Both the position numbers and the translations under genes were made by a program. Shown one piece after another: positions 28,010 to 37,381 of a stretch of DNA of 64,000 nt. The notes below the pieces were generated by a model. The model was not told where the DNA came from and searched no databases. It worked only from the letters and a program-made list of their open reading frames with translations. The number at the start of each line of letters is the position of its first letter. Within the stretch, counting starts at the first letter, position 1. This DNA is from Alphaproteobacteria bacterium (GTDB lineage Bacteria; Pseudomonadota; Alphaproteobacteria; CACIAM-22H2), in contig JAWLHE010000013.1 of assembly GCA_041690495.1 (NCBI GenBank), positions 12,446-76,445 of the forward strand, read 5' to 3'.

Positions 28010-30805
28010 TCAGGTAATCCTGAACACCTTCATCACCTCGTCGCCGAGGTGGTTGATGACCTTCACGGCGATGCGGCCGGATTTCGGCTTGGGGAACGGG
28101 CGCGAGGTGTCGCTGTTCAGCGTCGCCCAGGCGTCGGCGTTGATCTCAGCCTTGAGCGTCGTCTTGAGCGCGCCGTAGGGGTCGTTCGCGCCGAGGAAAT
28201 AGGCGTGGCGGACGAAGAAGCTTTCCTCGTTGTAGTCGGTGTCGATGAACCAGCAGGCGATGCCGTCGGCGCCGTCGCTGCGGACCGCGCCGGTGCTCGG
28301 GTCGAACACGTCCACACCGTTGACCTTCACTCTCACCTTGCCGCCCTCGGTCGGCAGGATCGTGATGTCCGGCTCGCCGAAGATGACGAACAGGTTGCCC
28401 CTACCGGTGTTCTTGAGGTCCTCGGCCATGTGCAGGTCGGCGTTCATCCGCGCCTTGAGCACGGGGAGACGGCCGAGCTTGTTGAACTCCGTGCTGTGGC
28501 CGTCATAGCTGAACGCGCAGGCGATCAGCACGTCGAAATCGGCGTCACCCGCCTCGCGCGCCGCCTGCACCAGATCGGGCCGCGTGACCGTGCCGAACTC
28601 CGGGCCGATGAAGATGGCCGCGCGCTTCTCCCTGTCGCCTTCCATGTAGCGCCCTTCGGCGCAGACCAGCTCGCCCGGCCACGGCTTGAGCGATGTGAAG
28701 ACGATCCGATCCTCCTTGTGCGCCTGCTGCACGCCAGAGGTCTTGAGGTTCTCCAGGATCATCTGCGGGAAGCTCTGCTTGGCGCCGTAGTCGCCGCCCG
28801 GATCGGCGAGCTGGTCGATCAGCTCGTCGTTCTCGTCCACGCCGAGCACGCGATGCGGCGACAGGCTCTCGACCGTGAACGGCCCGGCAACCCGAACCTT
28901 CTTCCTGTCCTCATACGGCTTGTCGTAGAGGTACTCGAATTCCGCTTTTGCGGCGATCGACGCGTCGATCTCCTTCTGCCGCGCGATCCGCGCCTGCCAC
29001 CATTCGGCATGCAGCTTCTTCGCGCCTTCCGGCCATGCCTTCTCCGCCTCGCGCGGAATCTCCCATTCCTGCCAGGTCTTCTTGAGGGCGGCGTTGAGCT
29101 TCTCGTGCTGCGGCTCCAACGTGGCTTGCCATTTCTCCCAGATCACATCGATCTCGGCGTTGTTCGCAATCGACTTAAGCGTAATGTGCGGCACGCGCTC
29201 GTAGACAAAGCCATGGCGTATATCGCCGCGCGTTGGCTGCGACGATGGAGCCGTGCGGGTGACTTCTCCTTCCTTGATCTGGCCTTCGCGCGAGTCGGCC
29301 AGCAGGTAAAACGGATAGCGCGTCCCCATAATACGGGCACGAGCTAACGCCAAAGCGACGCGAGAAGTGTCAATAGTGATCCAGCGGCGGCCCCATTGCT
29401 CGGCAACAGTTGCGGTCGTACCGGAGCCACACGTTGGATCAAGCACGAGGTCACCAGGGTCGGTGGACATCAGTACGCAGCGCTCGACTATCCTACCCGA
29501 GGTTTGAACCACATAGACTTTGTCTCCTCCTAGACTGCTTCCGACGTCCGTCCACACGTTTCGGATCGGCATTGCTGGATAGTCGTCGATAAAGCGAACA
29601 TAGTTCAGGCTATTTTTTCCGGGCTCGAGGCGATCTGCTCGTGAGAGACGCTCCATTCCCTTTTCATTGGTCTTCCATCGTACTTGCTCGCTTGGCTTTA
29701 TTTCCCGCCCTCTGATACGGACAGGAAACCAGGAAGCTGCCCCCTCACCCTTGGACCGGCCTATACTTTGAGAGGTCATATCACTTAGTCGAAATGCCCG
29801 ACCGAGCGCCGTGATCTCCGGTGTTGCTCGCGATGCCCGAAGACGTTCACCCGTTGAGCTTTGAATGAATGAGTACGCTTCGCCACCCTCGCCGCCTGCA
29901 ACTTTCGGAAGCAGGAAATTGCGAAACTTCAGCGCCTCTCTATGCCGCGCGAACCACAAAATGTGATCACTCACGTTTGGGATGTACTGCTCCGTTGATC
30001 CGGAGGTCTTCTCGATCGTGATTAGGGAAATAAAGTTCTCTTCGCCAAAGACCTCGTCCATCACCGAACGAAGGCGATGGACATTCTCGTCACCGATTTG
30101 CACGAAAATGGATCCAGACTCCGTTAGGAGATCGCGAGCGACAGTCAGCCGATCACGAAGATAGGTGAGATAGCTGTGAATCCCATCTCGCCACGTGTCG
30201 CGAAACGCCTTCACCTGCTCCGGCTCGCGCGTGATGTGGGCGACATTCCCGTCCTTCACATCGCGGCTTGTGGTGCTCCATTGGAAATTGCTGTTGAACC
30301 TGATGCCGTAGGGCGGGTCGATATAGATGCACTGCACTTTGCCGCGCAGGCCCTCGCGCTCGGCGAGGCTGGCCATCACCTGCAGTGAATCGCCGAGGAT
30401 CATGCGGTTCGACCAGTTCTGGTCGTGCTGATAGAACTCGGTCTTGTCCACTCCCTTGGGGATACCGTTGAAGTCGGCGAACAGATCGGGTGTCAGGTCG
30501 CCCGCCTCGTGTTCGCGCTCCTTCGTCTCGCGCAGCAGGTCGTCGATCAGCGCCTTGGGATGGACCTTCTCCTGGATGTAGAGCGGCGGCGCGTGGACCA
30601 CGAGGTCGCTCCAGTCCTGCTCGTCCTTGCCGCGCCAGACGAGCTGCGGGTCGAGGTCGGTGTTGCGCGAATATTTCACCCGGCGCGGGCTCTCCTGCTC
30701 CTTCGCGATGACCGACTGATGCTCCGCGGTCGGGATGTTCTTCCGCTTCGCCTCGTCGTGCTTCAGCGTCTCGACGGTTTTCTTCGTGGGAAGCTTCTTC
30801 GCCAT
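28010..30805 (-). CDS. Adenine-specific DNA methyltransferase (type III Mod-like, beta class)
   Basis: CIYIDPPYG catalytic motif precedes the VLDPTCGSGTT SAM motif; 931 aa. Confidence 0.93.
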   Translation of the reverse strand: MAKKLPTKKTVETLKHDEAKRKNIPTAEHQSVIAKEQESPRRVKYSRNTDLDPQLVWRGKDEQDWSDLVVHAPPLYIQEKVHPKALIDDLLRETKEREHEAGDLTPDLFADFNGIPKGVDKTEFYQHDQNWSNRMILGDSLQVMASLAEREGLRGKVQCIYIDPPYGIRFNSNFQWSTTSRDVKDGNVAHITREPEQVKAFRDTWRDGIHSYLTYLRDRLTVARDLLTESGSIFVQIGDENVHRLRSVMDEVFGEENFISLITIEKTSGSTEQYIPNVSDHILWFARHREALKFRNFLLPKVAGGEGGEAYSFIQSSTGERLRASRATPEITALGRAFRLSDMTSQSIGRSKGEGAASWFPVRIRGREIKPSEQVRWKTNEKGMERLSRADRLEPGKNSLNYVRFIDDYPAMPIRNVWTDVGSSLGGDKVYVVQTSGRIVERCVLMSTDPGDLVLDPTCGSGTTATVAEQWGRRWITIDTSRVALALARARIMGTRYPFYLLADSREGQIKEGEVTRTAPSSQPTRGDIRHGFVYERVPHITLKSIANNAEIDVIWEKWQATLEPQHEKLNAALKKTWQEWEIPREAEKAWPEGAKKLHAEWWQARIARQKEIDASIAAKAEFEYLYDKPYEDRKKVRVAGPFTVESLSPHRVLGVDENDELIDQLADPGGDYGAKQSFPQMILENLKTSGVQQAHKEDRIVFTSLKPWPGELVCAEGRYMEGDREKRAAIFIGPEFGTVTRPDLVQAAREAGDADFDVLIACAFSYDGHSTEFNKLGRLPVLKARMNADLHMAEDLKNTGRGNLFVIFGEPDITILPTEGGKVRVKVNGVDVFDPSTGAVRSDGADGIACWFIDTDYNEESFFVRHAYFLGANDPYGALKTTLKAEINADAWATLNSDTSRPFPKPKSGRIAVKVINHLGDEVMKVFRIT

Positions 30806-30871
30806 CGCTCTTACTCTGACTCGCCAATCGGTGACAGTGCGCGCCGGCCCTCACTCTTCGTTACCATGTGC

Positions 30872-30959
30872 TGTCGCCCTCGGGCTTGACCCGAGGGCCC
30901 AGCAGCGGCGCCGGAAGCGAGAGCGGAACCGGGTCCTCGGATCAAGTCCGAGGACGACA
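30872..30959. repeat. REP-like palindromic intergenic element (family A)
   Basis: TGTCGCCCTCGGGCTTGACCCGAGGG...CCTCGGATCAAGTCCGAGGACGACA; related copies at 37655 and 59065. Confidence 0.8.
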
Positions 30960-31007
30960 GATTCTTTGTTGTCATTGACTTTGCCGAATCGCAGAACATC
31001 GGGGCCA

Positions 31008-34000
31008 TCACGCCTCCTGCGTCGCCGGGCGGGCGGCCGACTCGATCATGCTGTTGAACGCGCCTTCGACCTTCGCCGCGAAATCGGCATCGATCCGGTA
31101 GACCTCGGTGAACTCGGCGAAGGCCCAGCGCCCGTGCGTGCCGAGATGGTTCACGCCCGGCACCCAGTATGTGTCCATCGTCGCCTTCTTCTCCTTCGCG
31201 TCCTCGCGCCGGTAGCCCTTGATCTCGACGACGAGATGCAGCGGGTCGTCCGGCCCGCGCCCGTCGTCCACCAGCACGATGAAGTCGGGCCGGTAGCGGC
31301 GCGTCTCCGAGCCGTAGCGGTAAGGCACTTCGAGCCCGAGATTGTGGTTCTTGACATAGGCGCGCACGCGCGGATGCGCCTCGGCGACGCGGCAGAACTG
31401 GGCCTCCCAGTCGCTGTCGAGCACCACCCAGTTGACGTGGCACTTGCGCGCGTCCGTCTCCCAGCGCTCCTTCGACGTGTTGAAGTTGACGTATTTCGTC
31501 GAGCCGGTCGGGTTGTACGGGTCGAGCACCGCCTTGATCGGCTTTTCGCCGACGAAGCGGCGGGTGATGGCGGCGGTGATCTTCTCGGCCGCCATGTCGG
31601 CGAGCATCTTGTACTTGAGCTGCGCGGGATAGGTGCCGCCCTTGCAGACGAGATGGCGGTCGAGCCACTGCCCGGCAATGCGCTTGAGCTGTCCGAACAG
31701 GTGGAGCTTCGGGTCCTCGCCCGGGTCGCGCCACTTGTTGAGCACGAGATGGGAGGTCAGCTCATAGAGAACCTGCGAGCGTCGCACGTCGCCGGTGTGG
31801 ACGAGGTTGAGATCGACCTGCTCGCCGATGATGCCCGAATTGCGCGTTTCCGTGGCGCCGACGAGGTCGGGCGTCAGCTCCAGCACCGAGTCCTCGTTGA
31901 ACGCGGCATCCAGCCGTTCCTCGGGAAGCTCGACGCGATAGCCCTCGACTCGCGGGAAGCGGATTTCGAGATGGTCGCGCTCGGGCCGCACCGCCTTGAC
32001 CTGCACGGTCTCGCGCGGCGGCTGCGGCGGCGCCACGACCGGTTTCGCGGTGAAATCGAAGGGAATGCCGAGCACGTCGGCATACTCGACGTTGAACAGG
32101 CCCTGCTCGTTGAGGTCATAGGACTGGCGCCGCAGCGCGCGGCCGATGACCTGCTCGCACAAAAGCTGCGTGCCGAAGGCGCGCACGCCGAGCACATGGG
32201 TCACGGTGTTGGCGTCCCAGCCCTCGGTCAGCATCGACACCGAGACGACGCAGCGGACCGAGCCGCCGAGCCGCCCGTGCTTGCCGACCGTGTTCATCAC
32301 CTCGCGCAGCAGGTCCTGGTCGGTGAGGTTGTCGGCCGCGCGCGGGTCGCCGGTGCGCTCGACGATCTCGCGCCGGAAGCGCTCGATCTCGTCGGCGGCC
32401 ATCTCGCGGAACCGGTCGTCCAGCGCCTCGCCGGATTCGAGCTGTTCGCTGTCGATCAGCAGGGTGTTGGGCCGGGGCAGCGGATTGCCGCTTGCATCGA
32501 AGTTGCGGAACAGCTCGAACCGGCCGTTCTGCAGGGACGTGGAGCCGTCGTCGTTCTCGCGGTGGAAACCGGAGATGAAGTCGTAGACCAGCTTCGAGGC
32601 CGCCGTGTTGTTGCAGACCACGATGAAGCAGGGCGGAACGCTGATCTTCGCTTTCTCCCACAGCGCGAAGGTCTTCTCGTAGTGGCCGTACAGCGCTTCG
32701 AGCGCGGTCTGGAGCTGCGGCGGCAGGTTCAACGGGTCGAGCTGGCTGGTTTTGCCGCGGCCCTTCTTCGGCATCTTCGCACGGATGTGTTCCCACAGAT
32801 TGCGGAACATCGGCATGTCCGCGCCGGGGATGTTGTCGGCGACGGGAACCCGCGGCAGCTTGACGATGCCGCATTCGATCGCGTCCATCAGCGAGAAGTC
32901 GCTCATGGTCCACGGGAACAGGGTGCCCTCGGCATAGCCGGAGCCGCGCAGGAAGAACGGCGTCGCGGACAGGTCGATGACCCGCGACAGGCCGAGCTTG
33001 CGGTTGACGGATTCGAGGCCGGAGATCCACAGCCGCGCCGCCTCGTTGTTCTTCTCGGCCTCCTTCCTGTCCTCGCCTTTCAACGGCTCGTCGTCGCCGT
33101 CCGGCTTCTCGCGGTAGCAGTGATGCGCCTCGTCGTTGAGGACGAGGATGTTCTTGAGCCCCATCAGGTCGGGCATGACCCGCTGCAGCATCTGGCCCTC
33201 GGTTTCGAGCGTATCCAGCTCTTCGCCGCGGCCCCGCAGCAGCGCGCGGCCGCCCTTCGACAGCTCGATACGCTCGCGCCGCTTGAAGGCGTGATAGTTG
33301 GTGATGACGATCTTGGCCCGGTTCAGATCGTCCATCATGTCGTTCGGCACCAGCTCGCGGCTGGCGTAGTAGCTGTCCGGATCGTTCGGCTGCAGCACGC
33401 GTAGCCGGTCCTTGATGGTGAGACCGGGCGCCACCACCAGAAACCCGCGCGAGAACCGGCTGCTGTTGGGCCGGCGCACCGCGTTGATCGTCTGCCACGC
33501 GATCAGCATCGCCATCACGGTCGTCTTGCCGGCACCCGTCGCCAGTTTTAGGGCAAGCCGGCTCAGCTCCGGGTTCGCGTCCCTGTTGGCCGCGTCGAGA
33601 TGATCGAGGATGCGCTTGCCGGCCTTCGAATGCGGCGCCACCTCGGTCAGCCAGATCGCCGTCTCCACCGCCTCGACCTGGCAGAAGAACGGGCGGACGC
33701 TGGCGAAGTTGTGATGGCGCCAGTGCTGCAGCAGGCGCGCGGTTTCGGGCGTGACCTGCCACTGGTTGGGGTTCGGCAGCGCGCGCCACGCGTCCACCTG
33801 CTGGCGCAGCTCGTTGATGATCGGTGTCGGGTCGTATTGCTGCGCGGCGTCCGACAGGCCCTTGCCTTCGTCGAACACCATCTGTTGCTGCTCGGCGGCG
33901 CGCTTGCGCTTCTTCGGCTTCGGAATCGGCGTGATGAAGGAGACGCGCCGGCGCGTTTCGACGATCTTCTGCGTCGGCTGGCCGCTCTCGTCGAGCTCCC

Positions 34001-34064
34001 AGTGCTTCGACGGCCGCTCGTAGGGCGAGTTGAGGATCGGACGCTCGAAAAACGCGTTGGACAT
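31008..34064 (-). CDS. Type III restriction endonuclease Res-like subunit (SF2 helicase plus PD-(D/E)xK nuclease)
   Basis: ATGAGKT, DEAHH, SAT, LTEGWD, QVIGRALRR and C-terminal YRPDF...EIKG. Confidence 0.93.
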   Translation of the reverse strand: MSNAFFERPILNSPYERPSKHWELDESGQPTQKIVETRRRVSFITPIPKPKKRKRAAEQQQMVFDEGKGLSDAAQQYDPTPIINELRQQVDAWRALPNPNQWQVTPETARLLQHWRHHNFASVRPFFCQVEAVETAIWLTEVAPHSKAGKRILDHLDAANRDANPELSRLALKLATGAGKTTVMAMLIAWQTINAVRRPNSSRFSRGFLVVAPGLTIKDRLRVLQPNDPDSYYASRELVPNDMMDDLNRAKIVITNYHAFKRRERIELSKGGRALLRGRGEELDTLETEGQMLQRVMPDLMGLKNILVLNDEAHHCYREKPDGDDEPLKGEDRKEAEKNNEAARLWISGLESVNRKLGLSRVIDLSATPFFLRGSGYAEGTLFPWTMSDFSLMDAIECGIVKLPRVPVADNIPGADMPMFRNLWEHIRAKMPKKGRGKTSQLDPLNLPPQLQTALEALYGHYEKTFALWEKAKISVPPCFIVVCNNTAASKLVYDFISGFHRENDDGSTSLQNGRFELFRNFDASGNPLPRPNTLLIDSEQLESGEALDDRFREMAADEIERFRREIVERTGDPRAADNLTDQDLLREVMNTVGKHGRLGGSVRCVVSVSMLTEGWDANTVTHVLGVRAFGTQLLCEQVIGRALRRQSYDLNEQGLFNVEYADVLGIPFDFTAKPVVAPPQPPRETVQVKAVRPERDHLEIRFPRVEGYRVELPEERLDAAFNEDSVLELTPDLVGATETRNSGIIGEQVDLNLVHTGDVRRSQVLYELTSHLVLNKWRDPGEDPKLHLFGQLKRIAGQWLDRHLVCKGGTYPAQLKYKMLADMAAEKITAAITRRFVGEKPIKAVLDPYNPTGSTKYVNFNTSKERWETDARKCHVNWVVLDSDWEAQFCRVAEAHPRVRAYVKNHNLGLEVPYRYGSETRRYRPDFIVLVDDGRGPDDPLHLVVEIKGYRREDAKEKKATMDTYWVPGVNHLGTHGRWAFAEFTEVYRIDADFAAKVEGAFNSMIESAARPATQEA

Positions 34065-34348
34065 CGCTGCTCAGTGCACTCCGGCCGGACGGCGCTCAGG
34101 GCCTCGGGCGCGCGGAGGTCGCATCGATGAAGCCCCGGCGGATTTCACGGACCGCTGCCGCGCGTGCCAGCTGGCCGGGCACGCGGCAGGCGGTCGATCT
34201 CGATGAGCGTTCCCCTTGCCCCCGTTCCGAGTGTCCGCCAAACGAGGCGGAGTCCGCAACATCCCTACGCGCAAAAGTGGCAGCGCCATGCGCCGCGCTT
34301 CGACGACTTGATCAATGTCGATTGGGAGGCCGAAAAGCCCTGCCGAAA

Positions 34349-34424
34349 TGGCGTCCCCTAGGGGATTCGAACCCCTGTTACCGCCGTGAGAGGGCGGTGT
34401 CCTGGGCCTCTAGACGAAGGGGAC
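34349..34424 (-). tRNA. tRNA-Glu (anticodon CTC)
   Basis: GTCCCCTTCGTCTAGAGGCCCAGGACACCGCCCTCTCACGGCGGTAACAGGGGTTCGAATCCCCTAGGGGACGCCA; 76 nt with encoded CCA. Confidence 0.98.
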
Positions 34425-34447
34425 CCTTGGCCGGCCGACAGGCGCCT

Positions 34448-34476
34448 TAGATAGCGGACCCCCTCCCCTTTATCAA
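34448..34476 (-). promoter_or_regulatory. sigma70-type promoter of tRNA-Glu
   Basis: TTGATA-N17-TATCTA on the minus strand. Confidence 0.6.
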
Positions 34477-34635
34477 GGCGCACGGGCGCGTGGGCCGCCC
34501 GGGTCCGGCGCGGCGGCGGCGCGGGCTTGGCCGCACGGGGCGGCGGCGCTGCGCCGTTCCGAAACCGTATTGACCGGCGGGACCGCCTCTGGCCTGATCG
34601 CGGGCGGAGATCTGCGCCCGCCCGGCCCCCGCCGG

Positions 34636-34661
34636 TGGGCCGCTGCGCTTTGGTGTTGCTT
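34636..34661 (+). repeat. Left terminal inverted repeat
   Basis: TGGGCCGCTGCGCTTTGGTGTTGCTT. Confidence 0.85.
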
Positions 34662-34718
34662 TTAACCGGAACATTTGCGAACAATTGCCCTTAGGCACAA
34701 CCTAGGGGAGAAAGTCCG

Positions 34719-36782
34719 ATGGCGGGCCCGCCACCGTCGGGAGCTGCGGGGTCGGGCCAGGCACCGGACGAAGCCGACGGCATCCAGGTCAACTTTTGTC
34801 GAGAGCCGGTCTGCGTCAACTTCGGTCAGCCGCCCATCGGTCCGGTTCACCTAGGCCGCGGCGCCAGCCAGCACAATCGCTATGCCCGCTTCGGGCGGGC
34901 CAAGAAGACGCCGTCGCTGAAGTGTAATACCTGCAGCTCACTCGCCCCGATCAAGAGCAATCGCGGCATCGCGGAAGAGCTCGCACGGATCACCGCCTAT
35001 CTGCGCCCTGGGTCCGCCCCAAGCTGTCCGAACGGTGCGTGCGGGAACCACGCCTACCCGGTATCCCTCTATCCCGGCCTTTACCAGAGGCACGGGCGGA
35101 CGCGGCGCGGCCACCCGCGGTTCGAATGTAAGGCCTGCCGCAGGACGTTTGCGGCAGCCCCTCCGCGCCGCCGGCGGCGCCCCAACCTGGATGCCGAGGT
35201 ATTCCGGCTGATCGCCAACAAGGTGCCTCTGCGGCGGATCGTACGGATCGCCGATATCGACGCGCGGACGCTCTACCGGACGATCGATTTCATCCACCGC
35301 AAGTGCCTGGCCTTTGTCGGCGACCGCGAACGGCACTTGCCCGACCTGCGCTTCAAAGGGCTCTCCCTTTCGACCGACCGCCAGGTCTACGTCGTGAACT
35401 GGTCCTCGCGCGCGGATCGGACGAACTCGCAGCTGACCGGCATTGCGACCGCAGACAACTGGACGGGCTACGTCTTCGGCGCGCATGTCGATTTCGACCC
35501 GTCGCTGGACTATGCCGCCACAGAGGCCGATGCCATGGCCGCCGGCGATTTCGCCAGGGACGTGCCCGATCGCAAATACGCCCGGCTGTGGTTCCAGTCC
35601 GACGTGAAGCGGGCGCGCAAAGCGGCGCCGATCCCGCGGGGCACGAGCCCCGCGAAGCTCCGCAAGACGGTCGACGCCATCTACGCAGAGGCGCTCGCGC
35701 GCGACGACATCGAAGCGCCTGCGCCCGAGGAGGACCGCAAGCTCCCGGACTACGGGATGAAGATCCGCGCGGAATACGTGATGTTCGCGCATTTCGAGTT
35801 CCTGCGGCGAATGCTCCGCGGCGCCAACAAGATGCGCTTCTATCTCGATCCGGACTCGGGTTTCCGGGCCGCCTGCCTCGCCACCTTCCACCGCGAGATC
35901 CGGGCCGGGAACGCCGAGGCGTTCTATGTACTCATCGCCAAGACGATGAAGCGGACCAAGCGGGAGCGGCTCATCGCCAAGGCGTGGGCCGAGTTCGAGA
36001 GCCGGCTCGCCGAGATCAGCGCGCGCATAGCCGCCGGCGAGCGCCTGGAGGAGCTGGACCAGACGACCATCGCCAGGGAGTGGGAAGCCGAGCTCGAGCC
36101 GCCAAGCGAGAAAGAGCTCACGGACGTCTTCGACCGACGGAAGAAGCTGACGAAGAAACAGCGCCGTCGGCTCCGAGATCCGGAAGCGATGAAGGTCGAA
36201 GCCTTCGTCCGCCGCGTTATGATCCGGGCGCGGATCCCGAAGCTGAAGCCCGTCCAGCCTTTCGGGGACAAGTGGCTCAACCACCCGATGCCGCGGCTCA
36301 ACGAGCCCGTGAAGCTCGTCTGCCACCTCACGGACCGCGGGACCCCACCTGCGGACGAGAAGGCCTGGGACGCGCTCGCGCACCTCTACGACCGGGCAAG
36401 CCTCCACGCGGTCGATAATTTTTTCCAGGTCGCCCGCCGCAGCTTCAATCTGCTCGACCGCGCCGATCGCACCGCGACGCAGGGCCGGATCCATTTCATC
36501 TATCTGCCGTTCGATCCGGCGATGGTCATCAAAATGCTCGACATCCATCGGGTCGTGTTCAACTACATGAACGTCAGCCCGGAGAAGGGGACCACGCCGG
36601 CGATGCGCCTCGGCCTGGCCGACCGGGCCATTATCGAGGAGGACATCCTCGGCTTTCCGGGCATTGCGCCGCTGATGGTTCGAACAAAGCCGGTTGTTCC
36701 GCGCAAGCGAGATACGGACGAATCGGCAGTCGTGCCAGCGCCGGCGCAGCCGCCGGAGGTATCGGATGAGATCCCATTTTAG
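34719..36782 (+). CDS. Putative large IS1-like transposase (Zn ribbons, HTH, RNase H-like core)
   Basis: GGGGAG RBS; Cys pairs CREPVC, CNTC, CPNGAC, CKAC; HTH-like VPLRRIVRIADIDARTLY; LSTD, YLDPD, HAVDNFFQVARR and TTPAMRLGL. Confidence 0.75.
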   Translation: MAGPPPSGAAGSGQAPDEADGIQVNFCREPVCVNFGQPPIGPVHLGRGASQHNRYARFGRAKKTPSLKCNTCSSLAPIKSNRGIAEELARITAYLRPGSAPSCPNGACGNHAYPVSLYPGLYQRHGRTRRGHPRFECKACRRTFAAAPPRRRRRPNLDAEVFRLIANKVPLRRIVRIADIDARTLYRTIDFIHRKCLAFVGDRERHLPDLRFKGLSLSTDRQVYVVNWSSRADRTNSQLTGIATADNWTGYVFGAHVDFDPSLDYAATEADAMAAGDFARDVPDRKYARLWFQSDVKRARKAAPIPRGTSPAKLRKTVDAIYAEALARDDIEAPAPEEDRKLPDYGMKIRAEYVMFAHFEFLRRMLRGANKMRFYLDPDSGFRAACLATFHREIRAGNAEAFYVLIAKTMKRTKRERLIAKAWAEFESRLAEISARIAAGERLEELDQTTIAREWEAELEPPSEKELTDVFDRRKKLTKKQRRRLRDPEAMKVEAFVRRVMIRARIPKLKPVQPFGDKWLNHPMPRLNEPVKLVCHLTDRGTPPADEKAWDALAHLYDRASLHAVDNFFQVARRSFNLLDRADRTATQGRIHFIYLPFDPAMVIKMLDIHRVVFNYMNVSPEKGTTPAMRLGLADRAIIEEDILGFPGIAPLMVRTKPVVPRKRDTDESAVVPAPAQPPEVSDEIPF

Positions 36783-36847
36783 TAGCGGCCTAGCGCTTCT
36801 GCTTGGGGCGGCAGCATACTTGTACGCCTGCTTAGCGAGTTTGCCCA

Positions 36848-37381
36848 ATGGAACCTGATATCATTAGCCGCATCAGCGTGTCGAAAGTCCCTGCTGGCCA
36901 ACGGCACATCATTGGCAATCTGTTGCAGCTCTGCCTGCACGACTACTCAGAATTCTCGCCTGAATGGAACGTCGAGCCCGACGGACGATTTGCATATGAA
37001 TGGTTCGATAGCTACTGGCAGGAGGTTGGGCGAATCCCGCTGCTCATTCAGACCGACGGGACTCTCATCGGCTTTGCTCTAATCAATCGGTGGTCAGTGC
37101 TCGACCGATCCTTGGACCACGCAATGGCTGAGTTCTTCATTCTCCGTAAATACCGTCGGATGGGTGTGGGCTCGCGTGCGGCAAACCTCATATTTCACTC
37201 CTTCCCAGGTCGATGGGAGGTAGCAGTGGCGCACAATAACGCGCCCGCTCTCGCTTTTTGGCATAGGGCCATTCCCGCTGCCATTCAGGGAGCCGTTGAA
37301 GAGTGCGAGCGCGACGACGAGCGTTGGTCGGGGACGGTGCTCTGTTTCACTTCCAGAGACCGCGGCGAATATCGGCCATAG
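36848..37381 (+). CDS. GNAT family acetyltransferase (passenger gene)
   Basis: AEFFILRKYRRMGVG acetyl-CoA motif, NAPALAFW; visibly lower GC than its flanks. Confidence 0.9.
   Translation: MEPDIISRISVSKVPAGQRHIIGNLLQLCLHDYSEFSPEWNVEPDGRFAYEWFDSYWQEVGRIPLLIQTDGTLIGFALINRWSVLDRSLDHAMAEFFILRKYRRMGVGSRAANLIFHSFPGRWEVAVAHNNAPALAFWHRAIPAAIQGAVEECERDDERWSGTVLCFTSRDRGEYRP

Noticed and set aside
28010-30805. Phase-variable simple sequence repeat in mod (phasevarion)
   Set aside because: No SSR tract seen in the 5' region or body of the gene.
30735-33404. 889-aa plus-strand ORF and similar long antisense ORFs (28049, 34938, 37899, 55476, 57118)
   Set aside because: In-register antisense shadows of real genes, typical of high-GC DNA; no motifs.
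26100-34349. Integrative element with att sites at tRNA-Glu
   Set aside because: No integrase and no second copy of the tRNA 3' end seen in the window.
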